Of a stretch of 32,426 bases of DNA, positions 13,180 to 31,870 are shown piece after piece. The stretch is from Schizochytrium sp. TIO01 (Eukaryota > Protista > Bigyra: Labyrinthulomycetes): the NCBI GenBank assembly GCA_004764695.1, contig SMSO01000014.1, positions 1 to 32,426 on the forward strand, in the 5' to 3' direction. Within the stretch, counting starts at the first letter, position 1. The number at the start of each line of letters is the position of its first letter. The notes beneath the pieces were generated by a model. It was not told the DNA's origin and made no database searches. It saw only the letters and a program-made list of their open reading frames with translations. Made by a program: the position numbers and the translations under genes.

Positions 13180-15239
13180 TGCTTAAATATGTGTGTTCCC
13201 CTTTTGGAGGTATATTGCAAGTTAGCGTGAGGCGATCATCAAGAGATAGTGTAGGTAGAGAAATGAAGGAAAAGAAAGGCTAGAATTAACATTCAGGAAC
13301 TGTTGACAAGGCCCATTGTCAAAGTCTATAAGCTTTGGTCTTGTGATCGGCACATTGTGATGATCCGTCCGATGCATAGCTGTAAAACTTCGAGAAGGCA
13401 TAAGTATGTAGAGTCAATAGTTTCTTTCAGCAGATAAATCATAATGTAGAGGAGTAATTTTCAAATTCATCATTGTAGAATATGTCTTGGAACACTGATA
13501 AAGCTTATCATGTGGGATTCTATTAAGTCAAGTAGCCAGATTAAAATATGCAGTTCATGGGGCACAGCAAAATTTAAAAAATCTGTGCTGAGATTACCAA
13601 GCAAAGAGTTTTGTGGAGAAGAGTCATTGTCACACTTTTATAAGTCCTAGACTACGAGGACTTGTAAGAATATGACTATCAAATACGAAGGAGTAAGACC
13701 ATGGAAACTCATAAGTGAATGTGAAATACACAACCAAAGAATTGTGTTGAACAAACGAGCTAGCCTCACCCCTTGAACTCTGAGTTTTAACAGTCTTAGT
13801 CTCCTACTCAGGGTATGAACTGTTCCACCTATTAAATATCTTTACGCAGCAGCAACTAATCATTTACTAGGACAGTAAATCCTTGAATGCACAAAACTCT
13901 TAAAGTTTTGGTGCTGAATGTTCATCTCCAAGGTTTGCAATCGCTAACTGTGTACGCCGAAGCATAAAAAGATGCCTCCATCTTCCCATATAACCTCTGG
14001 CTGCTCAAAGAGCATTTCTTAATAGCCTCCTCAGAGAGCGATTATGCATTTACTTTGTAGTTTCTCTGGTATCCACAATTCTGTCATTGTCTCACAATCT
14101 CAGATTGATGGAGTAAACTGATTCCGTTATCAGTCTGTGTGTTATTGCAATACTCTCTTCTATAAAAACTTTGAAGAACAACTAAAAGAGGTGATCAAGA
14201 AGGCAATGTTTTGCCTTTGGAGGTTCGTTGAGTCAACTTTGTTCTGAGAGTTTAAGATGTGGAAATTAAATGGTTTTCTTGAGAAGAGTTCATGCTTCGA
14301 ATAGTAAATCTGGATACATGGCATAACAAGATCAAAGAGTTTTGAGGATTAAATAACTGATGGTTTCCTTCTAGCTTTCAAAAGTTGTCTGAAGTGCAAA
14401 GGCTTGTGTTCAGAGTCTGATCTTTACGATTGACTTATTATGTTATAGTAAATAGTGACCAGGAAAGAACCAATCTCCCTATTACTCAGGTCGTCATAGG
14501 TTCGGAGAAAGGGTTGTGTCTGTAATACTACTTTTGCTCCTGCCTTTGATGGAGTTCTTATGCAAATTGGAAACGCCCAATACTTCGCAACCGTAATATC
14601 ATGGTATTCTACGTTTGATAGGACCGTGCAATAAAAAGTTGCGTATTACAGGCCCTCTGATGCTAGGGTGGAGTAGCGATTGGTGTGAAGAATTTAAATT
14701 GGAAAACCGAGAGGAAATCGTTACATTAAGGGTTTCAGTGGCGTTAGAAGAACTGCATTTTGGCTTTGATGAAAAAATAAATAAAAAGTTTCTTTCCGAA
14801 ATGAAAGCTATTGAGATTTGCCAAAGAGAGTTGAATAAAAAAAGTACTTTTGAGTTTATTTTGCGACGATTTGGCTTAAACATATAGTTTCTGATACCTT
14901 GCGGTGTTGCTGAATGAACTATCGAAGGAACGGAGAGAGTAAAACTAAGAAAGAATTCGTATCTAATAATAAAGTAAATATGCTCCTCAAACTGGAAAAA
15001 TAAAGTTAAGAAAGCATATATATCATCAGTGAAACTTCACGAGTTATTATTTGTTCTAATTTATGTTTAATTTATGTTAAATTTTAGTACGTTCCCTCAC
15101 CAAGTACCTTGCCAAAAAAAACATTATAAATTTTGATCCTGTTGGCAGACGTCGATACTGTCTGGAGGAGAGCAGTTGCTTTTTTGCGTTCTAGTCAACG
15201 GCGCTTAAGCAAAAGATAATCATTGAAAATTCGATTAGT

Positions 15240-18200
15240 TTATTCCAATCTAAAGTTTGCGCCAACAATATCTGGTGTTAGCAAAGGTGACAATAACTCT
15301 TTCAGAACGAGTCGAAGATTTCTATCCTGAATTTTTGCATCCCAGTACTCACGCAGACGTGCTGCGCGGAGCAACTGCCACGCCTCACGAACCTGCTCAA
15401 ATGAATCAGCAAAAAATGGATCTTGTCCAAGCTTTTTCAAGCAGGTTCTCACATGACCATGGCAAACATCTGCATCCTGAGAACTATACTCAAGACACCA
15501 AGCGCAGAAATGGTGTCGACACTCATTATTACCACACTCTACAGCGCAGCAATCATCAAACTCATATACATAAGCATTACAGTTCGGACAGCATGTGCTC
15601 AAGATCTGCTCTTGAATATGAAGTAAATGCCGCTGTGCGTCGCGATTCTGTTCATCTGCACGTGCAACTTCTGCTATGCGCCTTTGAATCTCTTTCTCCG
15701 CCCAAACTGCTGCTTCATTTTCTGCCTTCATCTTCGCAATCAACAAAAGATGATTCAAAGCGCCTGGTGCAAGACGAGTGATTTCTTGACCTGATATTCT
15801 TCCAACACATTCAGGTTTCATGCATGCCATCGTTCCATCAGCATCCACTCTTACGTTAGCAAGTGGCTGTGCCGCCGCTTCTACTGCAGTTTCAATACAG
15901 TCTCGGCAAAGGAAGTCTCCCTCCTCGCAGCTCGTGCCCTCGGAAAGCAGATGCTCCTCCATGCATACTAGACATATCTTGACAGGGATCTTAGGAGCTC
16001 CAAAAGCTTCATGTTGGAGTGCTTCAAGAGCACTTGGACGCTGCCCAGGGTTTGTTGCTGTAAGAGCATCGATAAGTGTCTGAATTGCAGTGGTTCGCTC
16101 AGTAGGATACAGCTCCTTTAAGCTTATGCCCACAGAGTACATGTCCATCGCTGTTTCAAACCTATCTACAGGCCCATTCTGCAACTCGGGGCAAACGTAC
16201 CGTGGCGTTGCCTGAAGTGATGTGTAAGTTGCAGTGTAGTCTGCAACCTTGATGCCGTCAAAGTCGCCGATCAATGGTGTTCCGTTGCTTGTGAGGAAAA
16301 TGTTTTCTGGTTTGATGTCACAATGCACAATGCCGTGGGTATGTAAATCCGCCACACCAATAAGCAGGCCCATAGCAAGTCGGTCGCGCGCTGCTTTGCC
16401 TTCGTTAGGATGACTCTCAATCCACTTAGCAAGGTCACCTTGCTCGTAGAAAGGCATGACGATACAACCACGTGGTTCTCCATTAGAGGTATCCACAAAA
16501 GCGCCAGTGATACGTATCACGTGCTGAGACACCACCTTTCCCATATTAGCAGCTTGCCTGTAAAATATTTTGTGTTGGCTCGAATGACCGAGTTGGAATT
16601 GTTTCAAAACCATAGTTTTACCAACGTTGTCAAGAACCCTTTGTACTCTCTTGCCACCTCTGGAAGCAAGGGGCTCGCCAACAGGCTTGAAGTCCGCGAC
16701 TGTGACATTCGTCAACCAAAGGTCAGAACATGCTACTTCAAAAACACCCTCTGCACTTACGTGAAGCCTTTCCAGCCAGGCTCTATCTTGCAGTAACTCT
16801 GGATAATGTTCCTGCGCGTGTTGCAGAGTTTCAGCAAGCTTATGACGAAAAGCTCTGCTAAAGTCGATAGGGTTGCCTTGAGAGAGAATGAGCTCTTGTT
16901 TCGTGATTCGATTTATAAAATATGCTCGCTCTTCCTCATCGAATTCTTCTGTTTCAAGTTCTTCTTTGATTCTCTTCAAACTTTCTGTGGCTTTTTTCGA
17001 CTTGTCAAGTTTCTGGTATAATGCCTCAACATCTAAGGTATTTGGTTCTTTCAAACTCAGTACTGCATAGTCATACAGATTAGAGAGCTCTTTTGGTGTG
17101 TAATTGCTCGCGTCATTCAACCGAGCACTCTCAGAGCATCCTTCAAATCGAGCAAATATTGAACTTATCTCGCAAAGTAACTTGGACAATTGGGCACTCA
17201 GCGTATCTCCTTGTAGAACTTCGATCTCTGCCTGGATAGCACTCTCAAGCTCAGATAATTCTGATTCTAGCTCTATGGCCTGCTCAGGTGTCCTCAGGGC
17301 AACCGATAATCTATCACCAAGTGCTAGCTTAGACAATCGAGAGATGTCGCGTTTTACAGCTTGTTGACTTCGTTCGCCAATTTTGTTTGGTTGGACTTCT
17401 CCATTCCTCTTATACTCTTCGACGCACCTGGCAGCCTGAGCTACGAGTTCTTGGCAGTGTTTAAAGTCATCTGTGCTGGTCTCTTCAGTAACTGGCGCAG
17501 GGTTGATAGTTAGATGATCTAACAAACTTTCAATTTTCACTTTGAATTCGCACACTTCATCCGCATCACTTCCGCAAAGGTTTAATTGAACCCATGAGTA
17601 CGCAACCTGCAAAAGTGAATACAGGTGACTTCGTTCGGCGTTCCGCTTTTCGATAAGATTGAGCAAGCCATCAGCAGAGCTTGCACGAATCTGGCCTTGT
17701 AGCGCATCAAGACTCTCTTTGGAGTTCTTGATGTCAGCGGAAGCCTGTCGCATCTTCATTTGGCCAAAGTAGCCCTGAATCGCCGGTCCAATGAATTCCT
17801 CAAGCAGGGCGATCCCAGTCTGCAGGGAGTTTCCTCTGACCCCGCCTCGTTCCGCACGCAAGTCCGAGACTTTCTTGGCAAGCTGCACCACATCAGCGAA
17901 ACTCACGCTCGCTCCATCCGGCCGTTCTCTGAGGCGAACAAGAAGACGTAAGCAAACGAGCAAAATGGTGTTGAAGCAGTAATAAAGGCAGAAGCAAAAG
18001 TTAGGGTTCCCTATATCTCAATAACACAATTCGTGGAATGAATGATTACACGATCCCAAACAAAGACTGACCGCATGAACTTACCCAGATCCATCCGACG
18101 CAGCAAGCCCAGCGCCATCAACACCATCTTGCTCGCTCTTGGGCTCTGCAGACGGCTCGCTTTTTGTCCCCTCTATGGAAACACAGGAATCGGTCTCTGA

Positions 18201-20903
18201 CAAGGAATCGGCAATGTCCTCTCCAGGAGAACACACCCTTTCGAACAATTCTTCAGGGGTCAAAGACGAGTATGGACCATCGAAACTGCGGCGTTTTGCA
18301 AACGAATGTGAATACACAAATGAAAGAGAATGAAAGCACTTGTTAGAAAAACGATGAACGCATTTAAAACGGCCTCGCAAGTCCATATAGAGACACAGAG
18401 AACCAGCGAAGGCAAGGCTCTGCACAAGCTGGGAACAGTAGCTGAGGGAACGGAACTTACTAGATTTGAACAGAAGGATATGTTTTGTGCAGAGCCTTTG
18501 CGATGGCCTTTGCGCCCTCTGAGCCAATGTTGTTGTTAAGAAGACTGTGAGTGTAAATAAATCATTTTTATTCATTTGTCATCAGGAAGGACAGCTCCAG
18601 TTAGTGATTCGGTTGATCCTCTTTTCTTTTCTTTTTCAAAATGTTGCCTCATAAAAAATAATCTCCTCTTCTTCTGCTGCTGCCTATCTTATTCTATAGA
18701 GACACTGCGGAATAGATTTCTTTCTTCTGTTCTTAAAAAAGAAAAGAGTTCTTTGCCTTTCTAAACTACCCAACTACGTAGGTAGTACGAGCAGTGCTTT
18801 CGTTTTGATTCCTACTAAAACACCAACCACTCAAAAGAAAGTAAGATAGAAAGAAAGAAGAAGAGGAACCATAGCACTACCTATTATATAGCTTTCCGTG
18901 GATGATTCCACAAACGTACTACAGAAAAGTCAGGTTATTAGTAATGTGAGCTAGTTTTTCACGTCGGCGCTCATTATTCTCATCGTACATTGGTAGTACT
19001 TTATTGGGAGCGTTGGTGGAAAAAGGACCATATACTGGTGCCGCCACACCTTGTTGATCATGAAAATTAACCACAGCCGCGAATAACTTTAGTGCGTCGA
19101 ATGCACCGATAGTCGGAATACAGCCTGGCGCAACGCGCATGCGGGTTGCAGGAGCATCGCCAGCAGGGGCGCCAGCAGCACCAGCAGCACCAGCAGCACC
19201 AGCAGCACCAGCAGCACCAGCAGCACCAGCAGCACCAGCAGCACCAGCAGTATTACCTTGCTGTGTGGTCTCGAGTGCCTTTGCGACGGCCTTTGAGCCC
19301 TCATCGCCAATGTTGTTGTTATGAAGACTGTGAGTATAAATCAATCAGTTTTGTTCATTTGTTTTCAGGAAAGACATCTCCAGTCAGTGATTCGGTTGAT
19401 CCTCTTTTCTTTTCTTTTTCCAAATGTTGCCTCATAAAAAATAATCACCTCTTCTTCTTCTGCTGCCTATTGAACTATATTCCCTTTCTTAAAAAGGAAA
19501 AGAGTTCTTTGCCTTTCTAAACTACCCAACTACGTAGGTAGTACGAGCAGTGCTTTCGTTTTGATGCCTCCCCTACTACAAACGCCACTTAAAAGTAAGG
19601 AAGAAAAAAAAAAGAGGAGGAGCCGTATTACTACCTATGATATAGCTTTCCGTGGATAATTTCACAAACGTACTACAATTGATAAAGGTTCTTGCATCCC
19701 TCGAGTGCCTTTGCAACGGCCTTTGCGCCCTCATCGCCAATGTTGTTGTCACCAAGACTGTGAGTATAAATCAATCATTTTTGTTCATTCGTTGTCAGGA
19801 AAGCCATCTCCAGTCAGTGATTCGGTTGATACTCCTTTCTTTTGTTTTTCAAAATTTTGCATCATATTAAAAAAATCACCTCTTCTTCTGCGGCCTATTG
19901 AACTATATAGAGATACTGCAGAATATATTTCCTTCTTCTCTTTCTTAAAAAGAAAAGAGTTCTTTGCCTATTTAAACTACTTAACCACGCAGGTAGTAAG
20001 AGCAGTGCTTTCGTTTTGATTCCTGGCTCCTTCTAAAACATCAACCACTCAAAAGAAAGAAAGAGAAAGAGGAACCAGAACTACCTATTATATGGTTTCC
20101 ATGGATGATTCCATAAACGTACTTCATATGAGTCAGGTTCTTGCATCCCTCGAGTGCCTTTGCGATGGACTTTGCGCCCTCATCGCCAATGTTGTTGCTA
20201 TGAAGACTGTGAGTATAAATCAATCATTTTTAGTCATTCGTTGTCAGAAAAGACATCTCCAGTCAGTGATTCGGTTGATACTCTTTTCTTTTCTTTTTCC
20301 AAATGTTGCCTCATAAAAAATAATCACCTCTTCTTCTTCTGCTGCTTAACTTATTCTATAGAGACACTGCGAAATAGATTTCTTTCTTCTCTTTCTTAAA
20401 AAGAAAAGAGTTCTTTGCCTATTTAAACTACCAACCTACGTAGGTAGTAAGAGCAGTGCTTTCGTTTTGATTCCTGAATCCTACTAAAACATCAACCACT
20501 CAAAAGAAAGAAAGAAAAAGAGGAACCGTAGTACTAACTATTATATAGCTTTCCGTGGATGATTCCACAAACGTACTTCAAAGTTTGAAGGTTCTTGCAT
20601 CCCTCGAGTGCCCTTGCGACGGCCTTTGCGCCCTCTGAGCCAATGTTTTCTCTCCAAATCCTGTGTTTGTTTGTTGATGAACAAGTGAGAGTAAGTATAT
20701 GCCATTTCCAACTTCTTCATTGGTGCCACTACTAGTTCAAAACTACTATTCTTCTTTCTTCTACCAAAGCTAACTAACTTGCTTTCTACAACACATCGAT
20801 GACGCGATGCCTCCTTCTTCTGTCTCCTCCCTTCTGCATCGTGCACTTACAATATCTTCGTTGTATCTTCTGTGATGTCTTCAATTCTCTTTGCCTCAGT
20901 CAT
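15240..20903 (-). CDS. Gene B: 5 RNI-like LRRs, acidic linker, helical/coiled-coil region, protein kinase, RING finger and IBR/Rcat-type zinc finger (RBR-like E3); ~1228 aa, 8 exons
   Basis: Manual splicing, all introns GT..AG and phase 2. Exons: 20903-20851 (MTEAKRIEDITEDTTKI), 20660-20577, 20206-20123, 19757-19674, 19327-18920 (408 bp, carries insert), 18544-18461, 18285-18085, 17928-15240. Kinase motifs: VLK, HCDIKPEN, DFD, CPE, DMYSVG. RING: CLVC..C..FLCRDC..CMKPEC from 15974. Second finger: CPNC..DDCCAVEC..CRHHFCAWC..CHGHVRTC from ~15593. Confidence 0.88.
18461..20660 (-). repeat. Tandem LRR exon+intron units (~450 bp) within gene B
   Basis: Four introns share long near-identical blocks (gtgattcggttgat, aaagagttctttgcct, gagcagtgctttcgttttgat) between the LRR exons. 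Confidence 0.85.
18937..19269 (-). other. 333-bp in-frame insertion within an LRR exon of gene B, including a (GCTGCTGGT)n Ala-Ala-Gly repeat
   Basis: Replaces the 9 bp (GGATGCAAG, G-C-K) found between ...KALE/RALE and NL... in sibling exons. 111 codons with no stop. The 9-mer repeat is at 19172-19250. Confidence 0.85.
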
Positions 20904-21280
20904 CGTGTTGCAGCAGTGAGTGTCACCTTTGATGGATGGATTGATCAATCGCGTTGATTGACTTTGCTTGTCTTTGTCTTCGCTTTGCTTTGGCGCTCGA
21001 AAGATAGATAGATAGATAGATAGAGAGAGAGTAGTTTGAGTCTTTGCTCGCGCTGCTGATCAGGAACGGAGACTCCTGCTCTGTCTTCTTCTTCTTCTTC
21101 TTCTTCACAGCAAGAAAGGAGGAACGGGCGGACTCCTCGCGATGCCTCGCAAGTGCTTCTGCAGACCAAGCCTCGCCCACGAGTAACGAACGCGTGGAGG
21201 GGTGTGGCGCGCGAGAGGTCGCGGGGGCGTGGATATCGTGCGTGCGCGCTGCCTCGTGTTGTGGGTTTGCGAGGATGGCT
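20904..21280 (-). promoter_or_regulatory. Putative promoter/5'UTR of gene B, with short (GATA)n and (TCT)n tracts
   Basis: Conserved with 8490-8810. Microsatellites at ~21003-21022 and ~21085-21106. Confidence 0.5.
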
Positions 21281-22162
21281 GGCTTTGGCGAGAGTACTAG
21301 GTTGCTGGGTATGATAGTTGGTTGTATACGTAGGTTAGGCGCTGCTAGTGTTTTGGAAGGTCCGTTGAGTCAATTTTTTCCTGAGAGCGCAAGGTGTGAA
21401 AATGGATTCTGCTCTTGAAGAAAGACGAGGAGGCGTTGTGCTTCTACCAAGTCACACACAATGCAGAACGTGGTAGGAAGGTCCCTATCCATTTGTGATC
21501 GTGTATGGGTGCTATTGTTTTGGTTTGATAATATATAGCATTGGGTAGGGTTTTGTTGAGCAAAAGGAGGTCGAGTTTCGATTGTCATGGCGTTTTGTGT
21601 AATGAGTAGTAGGCAAGAAGAGGTCCTTGTATCGGGGTCAATTTTACAGAAGAGCCAAAAACTTGTAGTCTTTTCGTTGTTTTTGGTGAGGTCTTGAAGC
21701 GACGAAAACTCGTAACTGTGTCATACAAGAAATAAATTGCTTGTCGGGAGTAGGTTTTTGTCTATCAGATAGTAATAGGTTTGTGATGCGATCTATGATA
21801 GATTATTTTGAGATCGGGAAAGCTTGGGAGAGAATGGAGAGCAAGTCGACAATTTTCGGATTTCAAAGATGTGTTGAGTTGCTTCACTGCTTCAACATGA
21901 AGAAAGCAGAGAGGCGCTTTCAAAGATTGGAGCTGCTGGCGGCTGCGACCAAAGGTGTGCCAGAAAGAAGGGAGGAAAGTTTCAAAAAGAGAAGCATCTT
22001 TGACCGAGAGTAGAGACCTAATTGCCTTTTTATAGTGCTTTTGATCCTCTTCGGGCAGGTTTTATTCTCATGAAATTAATCTTTGACGTGTATAATAATA
22101 TTGTGATATCAACCGTGGAGTTGCTTTCTTGTAGTGCAACGGTAAAAAATAAAAGGAAGAAA

Positions 22163-22280
22163 ACATTCAACACCGGGGCTTCGCATGCAGTCCCCTATCA
22201 TACTACTGACCCGGCCCTACGCGACTTTACTTCTCAGTGCGAATGAGATGAGGTGTTACCCGCGTGGTATGATCGAATGT
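22163..22280 (-). rRNA. 5S rRNA: 5S rRNA
   Basis: The minus strand reads ACATTCGATCATACCACGCGGG...GTCAGTAGTATGATAGGGGACTGCATGCGAAGCCCCGGTGTTGAATGT (118 nt). The ends pair as helix I, typical eukaryotic 5S motifs are present (CATACC, AGTA, GGGGAC..GAA), and T-runs consistent with a Pol III terminator follow. Confidence 0.88.
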
Positions 22281-22746
22281 GTTGAGGAGAGGGTGCATGA
22301 TGCATTTAAAGGTATCATTAATTTGATGGTCACTTACTTACTTTTTTGACGACTTAGGTGCAAGATAGGTAGTATTAGGAGAGAGTGGAACCTCTGCAGC
22401 AAGCATCCCTGCAAAAGATATTCTAGTAGTAGGCTTTAGGAAATAGGAACAAGCCTTGAAAGAGCGAGAAAGAAAGGAGGTCAGCACATGCAGAACCCGA
22501 GGCTGAGTAGGCAAGGTTAGGTTCGCAATAGTAAAATATCCTTTCACTTCGAGAGCACTAAAAAACATCTCCTTCTTACGGGAAACTATAGTAACTCAGT
22601 AAGTGCACAACTCTGTCATCGACTTGCAGCTTTACGTCCAGCAGGTTCGAAACCTTCTGCAACAACTGGGACTGTGCCACGAGCTTAGCTGAAGGGATAC
22701 AAGCACGAACGCGCTGGTTGTGGTATAGATCTTTACTTACTGCGCG

Positions 22747-28598
<5,852 letters not shown>

Positions 28599-31500
28599 AT
28601 TAAACCCTAAATCATTATATTTGCCTTGTTGCTTGCATGTCAAACTGCATAAGTGCTATTATTTTGTAGATTCTCAGGATTATGAATGTTGAAAATGTTC
28701 ATCATCCTAACATAAAGCGTGACACGCTCTTTGATAAATGTTTTCAATGATGACTGAGATCCACCATCATGGAGCGGGTATGCAAGGGTAATAATCTGTT
28801 CTTTAAAAGATGGTGGAGTATAATACTTGATAAATATTCTGAAATTGTGATGTTGTGTTTGGAAGTCGTGTTCATCATCAGATTCCACACGCCAGAAGTG
28901 TTGTTATCATCGATCATTTTACTCGAGCTTTAGCCTTTTCAAATATGTATTTCATTTGTAGTCGTAATGAGACGTGGTTATGATTACTTAGAGGTATTTG
29001 GGGAAATGTCTTAGATGATAGTAGTTAGTTAGTATTATGACTAGGGTTGTCTTGTTGAATGTGCTTGATAGATCCAAGTACTTTTGTTCGCTTTGGTATT
29101 TCGGGTCTGCCTGCAGGTTTTACTTTGCAGACTTCTCTCGATGCTTGCTTGATTCCATTCGTCCCATGGGTGAGTCGCGTGCAGTGTTATACATCATGCC
29201 ATCATGCCATCATGACACTTTTGACACTGTTGCGTCAGATGGATGCTCCTCTTAACCTTGCAAAGTGATGTCGCAAAGATGTATCTGTATTTCTTCTCAG
29301 TAGTCGGCATTCTCAAGTTCGAGAAGGCTAAATTTTATTATCTTTAAAATTATGAAAATGCAACTTCTGAAACATTATATCGGGGGATGCTTTCCATGAT
29401 ATGCCACACAACTTTCCAATAATATCTGTGATTTAGTAACAAATGTCACGATAAAAAACGAGCAATGATGGGAACGCGAATGAGTTCTTCAAAATTGATG
29501 GCGTTGTCGTGTGTTGGAAGTAGACTGGGTTTTAGACCTTAATTTTTATTGAGAAATACCCAATTTGATGTCTTACCCAAATCTAAATTAACCCAACCGA
29601 AATTTAAACAATCAAGCTGCCTGTATTTGGAAACTCAATACTTTCAAGGACATTCTTTTTTCTTTTACTCTCTTCATCAGGCCTCACTGATCGTTTTTAA
29701 AGAAAGCATGAAAAACTCGAATGAGTGGTTTGTGAACTTCGCTGCATATAGGCTCTAAGCAGCGTGCTAATTACGGCATTTCAATGAAACACCCCTGTTG
29801 TTTTAATTTCCTGAAACTAAGACTCTAGGAAGCGGCGGCAGAGGCTAGCTGAGTTGTCGATGAAAAAACAGTAAATTGCAGGACGAGAACCATCATAAAC
29901 TAGATTTATATCTCCCAACAAGGTGATCGTTACATTTTCAGAGTTGCTCGGGCCCATTAAAGTGAATACGTATTTCTCACCTGCCAGTATGTTTATCTCC
30001 ATAGCAGTGGTAAAATAGGGTCATGCGATCAAAATATTCGGCTCAAAGCTTTTCTGAATAAATTTCTCAATCATAAAACTTCTATTATCGTTATGGTTTG
30101 TACATTCTTTGGCGACTCTAGGCACTGACAAATTTGCTGTACTATAGCTATAATCTTGCAATTAGAACAATTGTTATGGTTGATACACATTTACAAAAAC
30201 AATAAAGACGTTGCAGTATTCTTAGCCGGGGATCATATGGTACAACACGACTTTCCAGTTTCGAAATAACGTTGTCTTCTAGATAACAGTGAGATAAGGC
30301 TAGCGTGAGAGTGAAGAGTGCTATAATGATGTTGAAGCAAGTGAGTATGATGATCGATGACGAATCTTAAGTCATGCTGACGAGATGTTCGATCTGTGAA
30401 GTCTATATGACAAATCAAAGCAGCCATCACTGACTACAACTGGGTCTAAGAAGCTCGAACGTTTATGGTCCTACACAACATCCACTGCAGCCACCTTCGT
30501 GCCATGACGTAGATTTGCTGGACCTGTGTCAATTAATGAAAACATCATCTTTGGAAGCTCTGTCACTCCTATGGCAAGCGTGTGGATGTACCAAGACAAA
30601 GGCAGTCGGCATTGCATTCCCAATCTTCAATTAATACCATTCAAAGGGGCCTTTTTCTCTTTATCTGTTTCTCAACACTTGCTCACACAACTCTTCCGCA
30701 TTCCCATAAATCTTCAGCTCGTCATACTTTGCCAATGTTTGGCAATGAAGGTCTTTGAAAATTAAATTTTAGCATAATGATATCGAACTGACTGAACTGA
30801 TTTGCTATCTTATCATGATTTGTGCAACTTAACGTGACAAGCTCATTGAGAACTGTTGCAGATATGAAGTAACGACTATATAAAAATTAGAATTATAATT
30901 ATTTTTACAAAGTCTAGGATTTTAGATTGCTTCGGTTGATCTTGTAGATACACACCTGTGCACATAATTATTTGGTCAGCTTCAATACTGTGCAAGGCAA
31001 GAGTTCGTTTGCCGTGTAGTTCGAAATCAGCCAATGTTGGTTTATTTACTCTTTGTTCCTATCCTGTTCAGGGTATTGTCAATTTGATCAGCTCGTAATA
31101 ATAATGTATATACATATATATATTTACCTTATTTATTCGTCTAAGCATCACGGTACTTCAACTGTACAAGCAGCAAACATGGACCCCAAAATACCGGATC
31201 AAGTTTTTGGTAGAAATTCCCCACAGCAATTTCCACTCATGAAATTTACTGAAACTCCTGTAAAAATATTCGGAAATTTCCAAATTTGCCACCATTTATT
31301 TGATACTTTAAAACCTTCAAAACAAACTAACATCTCCAATCTTACCCTACACGAGCTGTGTCGGAGGGCCCTTGTTCAACGCGGCCACTGAACGGGAAAC
31401 CGTCAGAACAGAACAGAACAATTGACAAGTTTCAACTGTTGCTGGTTTTGTGATTTCTCGAGGTGGCGCGAGGAAGGATGTGTGCGGACGGGTTCAACTT

Positions 31501-31870
31501 TGTTGGACTTGTGAAGCTCAAAAAACTTCCTGATAAATGCGCTAAAATTGGATCTGAGACAGCGTGTGCCGTTTGGGTACATTTTGAAGCTGTCGCGGTC
31601 TTGAAGCTTCGTATTGTTACGTAGATCTTCGCAAAGTTTTGATCTGAACCGAAGGCGTGAGGATCGTTGCATGTGGATGAAGATTTCTTCAGAAGCGTGC
31701 AGCACTTCACATCGAAGTCTCCCCTAGGGATGTCATAATAGACATTCTTTGGCGCGAGATTGGTCAAGGTTGAAAAGGACGATTGGCTGAGTTTTGAAAT
31801 ACACTTTGGTTGTTAAAGAAATTTACTTAAAATGGTTCTATTATCATTTTAAATAAAATTATCAAATAGC

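Noticed and set aside
13300-13400. Minus-strand RPKLIDFDNG resembling a kinase subdomain VII remnant
   Set aside because: An isolated motif with no other kinase motifs found in frame, so it may be chance.
17929-17963. ORF-track starts of the 907-aa ORF (and 6555-6589 for the 669-aa ORF)
   Set aside because: Non-ATG starts lying in intron pyrimidine tracts. The exons begin after CAG at 17928 and 6554.
19089-19520. Poly-QQH, PAAPA and LLV ORFs
   Set aside because: Alternative frames of the 9-bp repeat inside the gene B insert.
28600-28612. Telomere-like taaaccctaaa
   Set aside because: A single unit, not an array.
28640-31870. Short ORFs, Pol I promoter and 5' ETS upstream of the 18S gene
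   Set aside because: Probably spacer/ETS, but boundaries and promoter cannot be placed from sequence alone, and the ORFs lack recognisable motifs.
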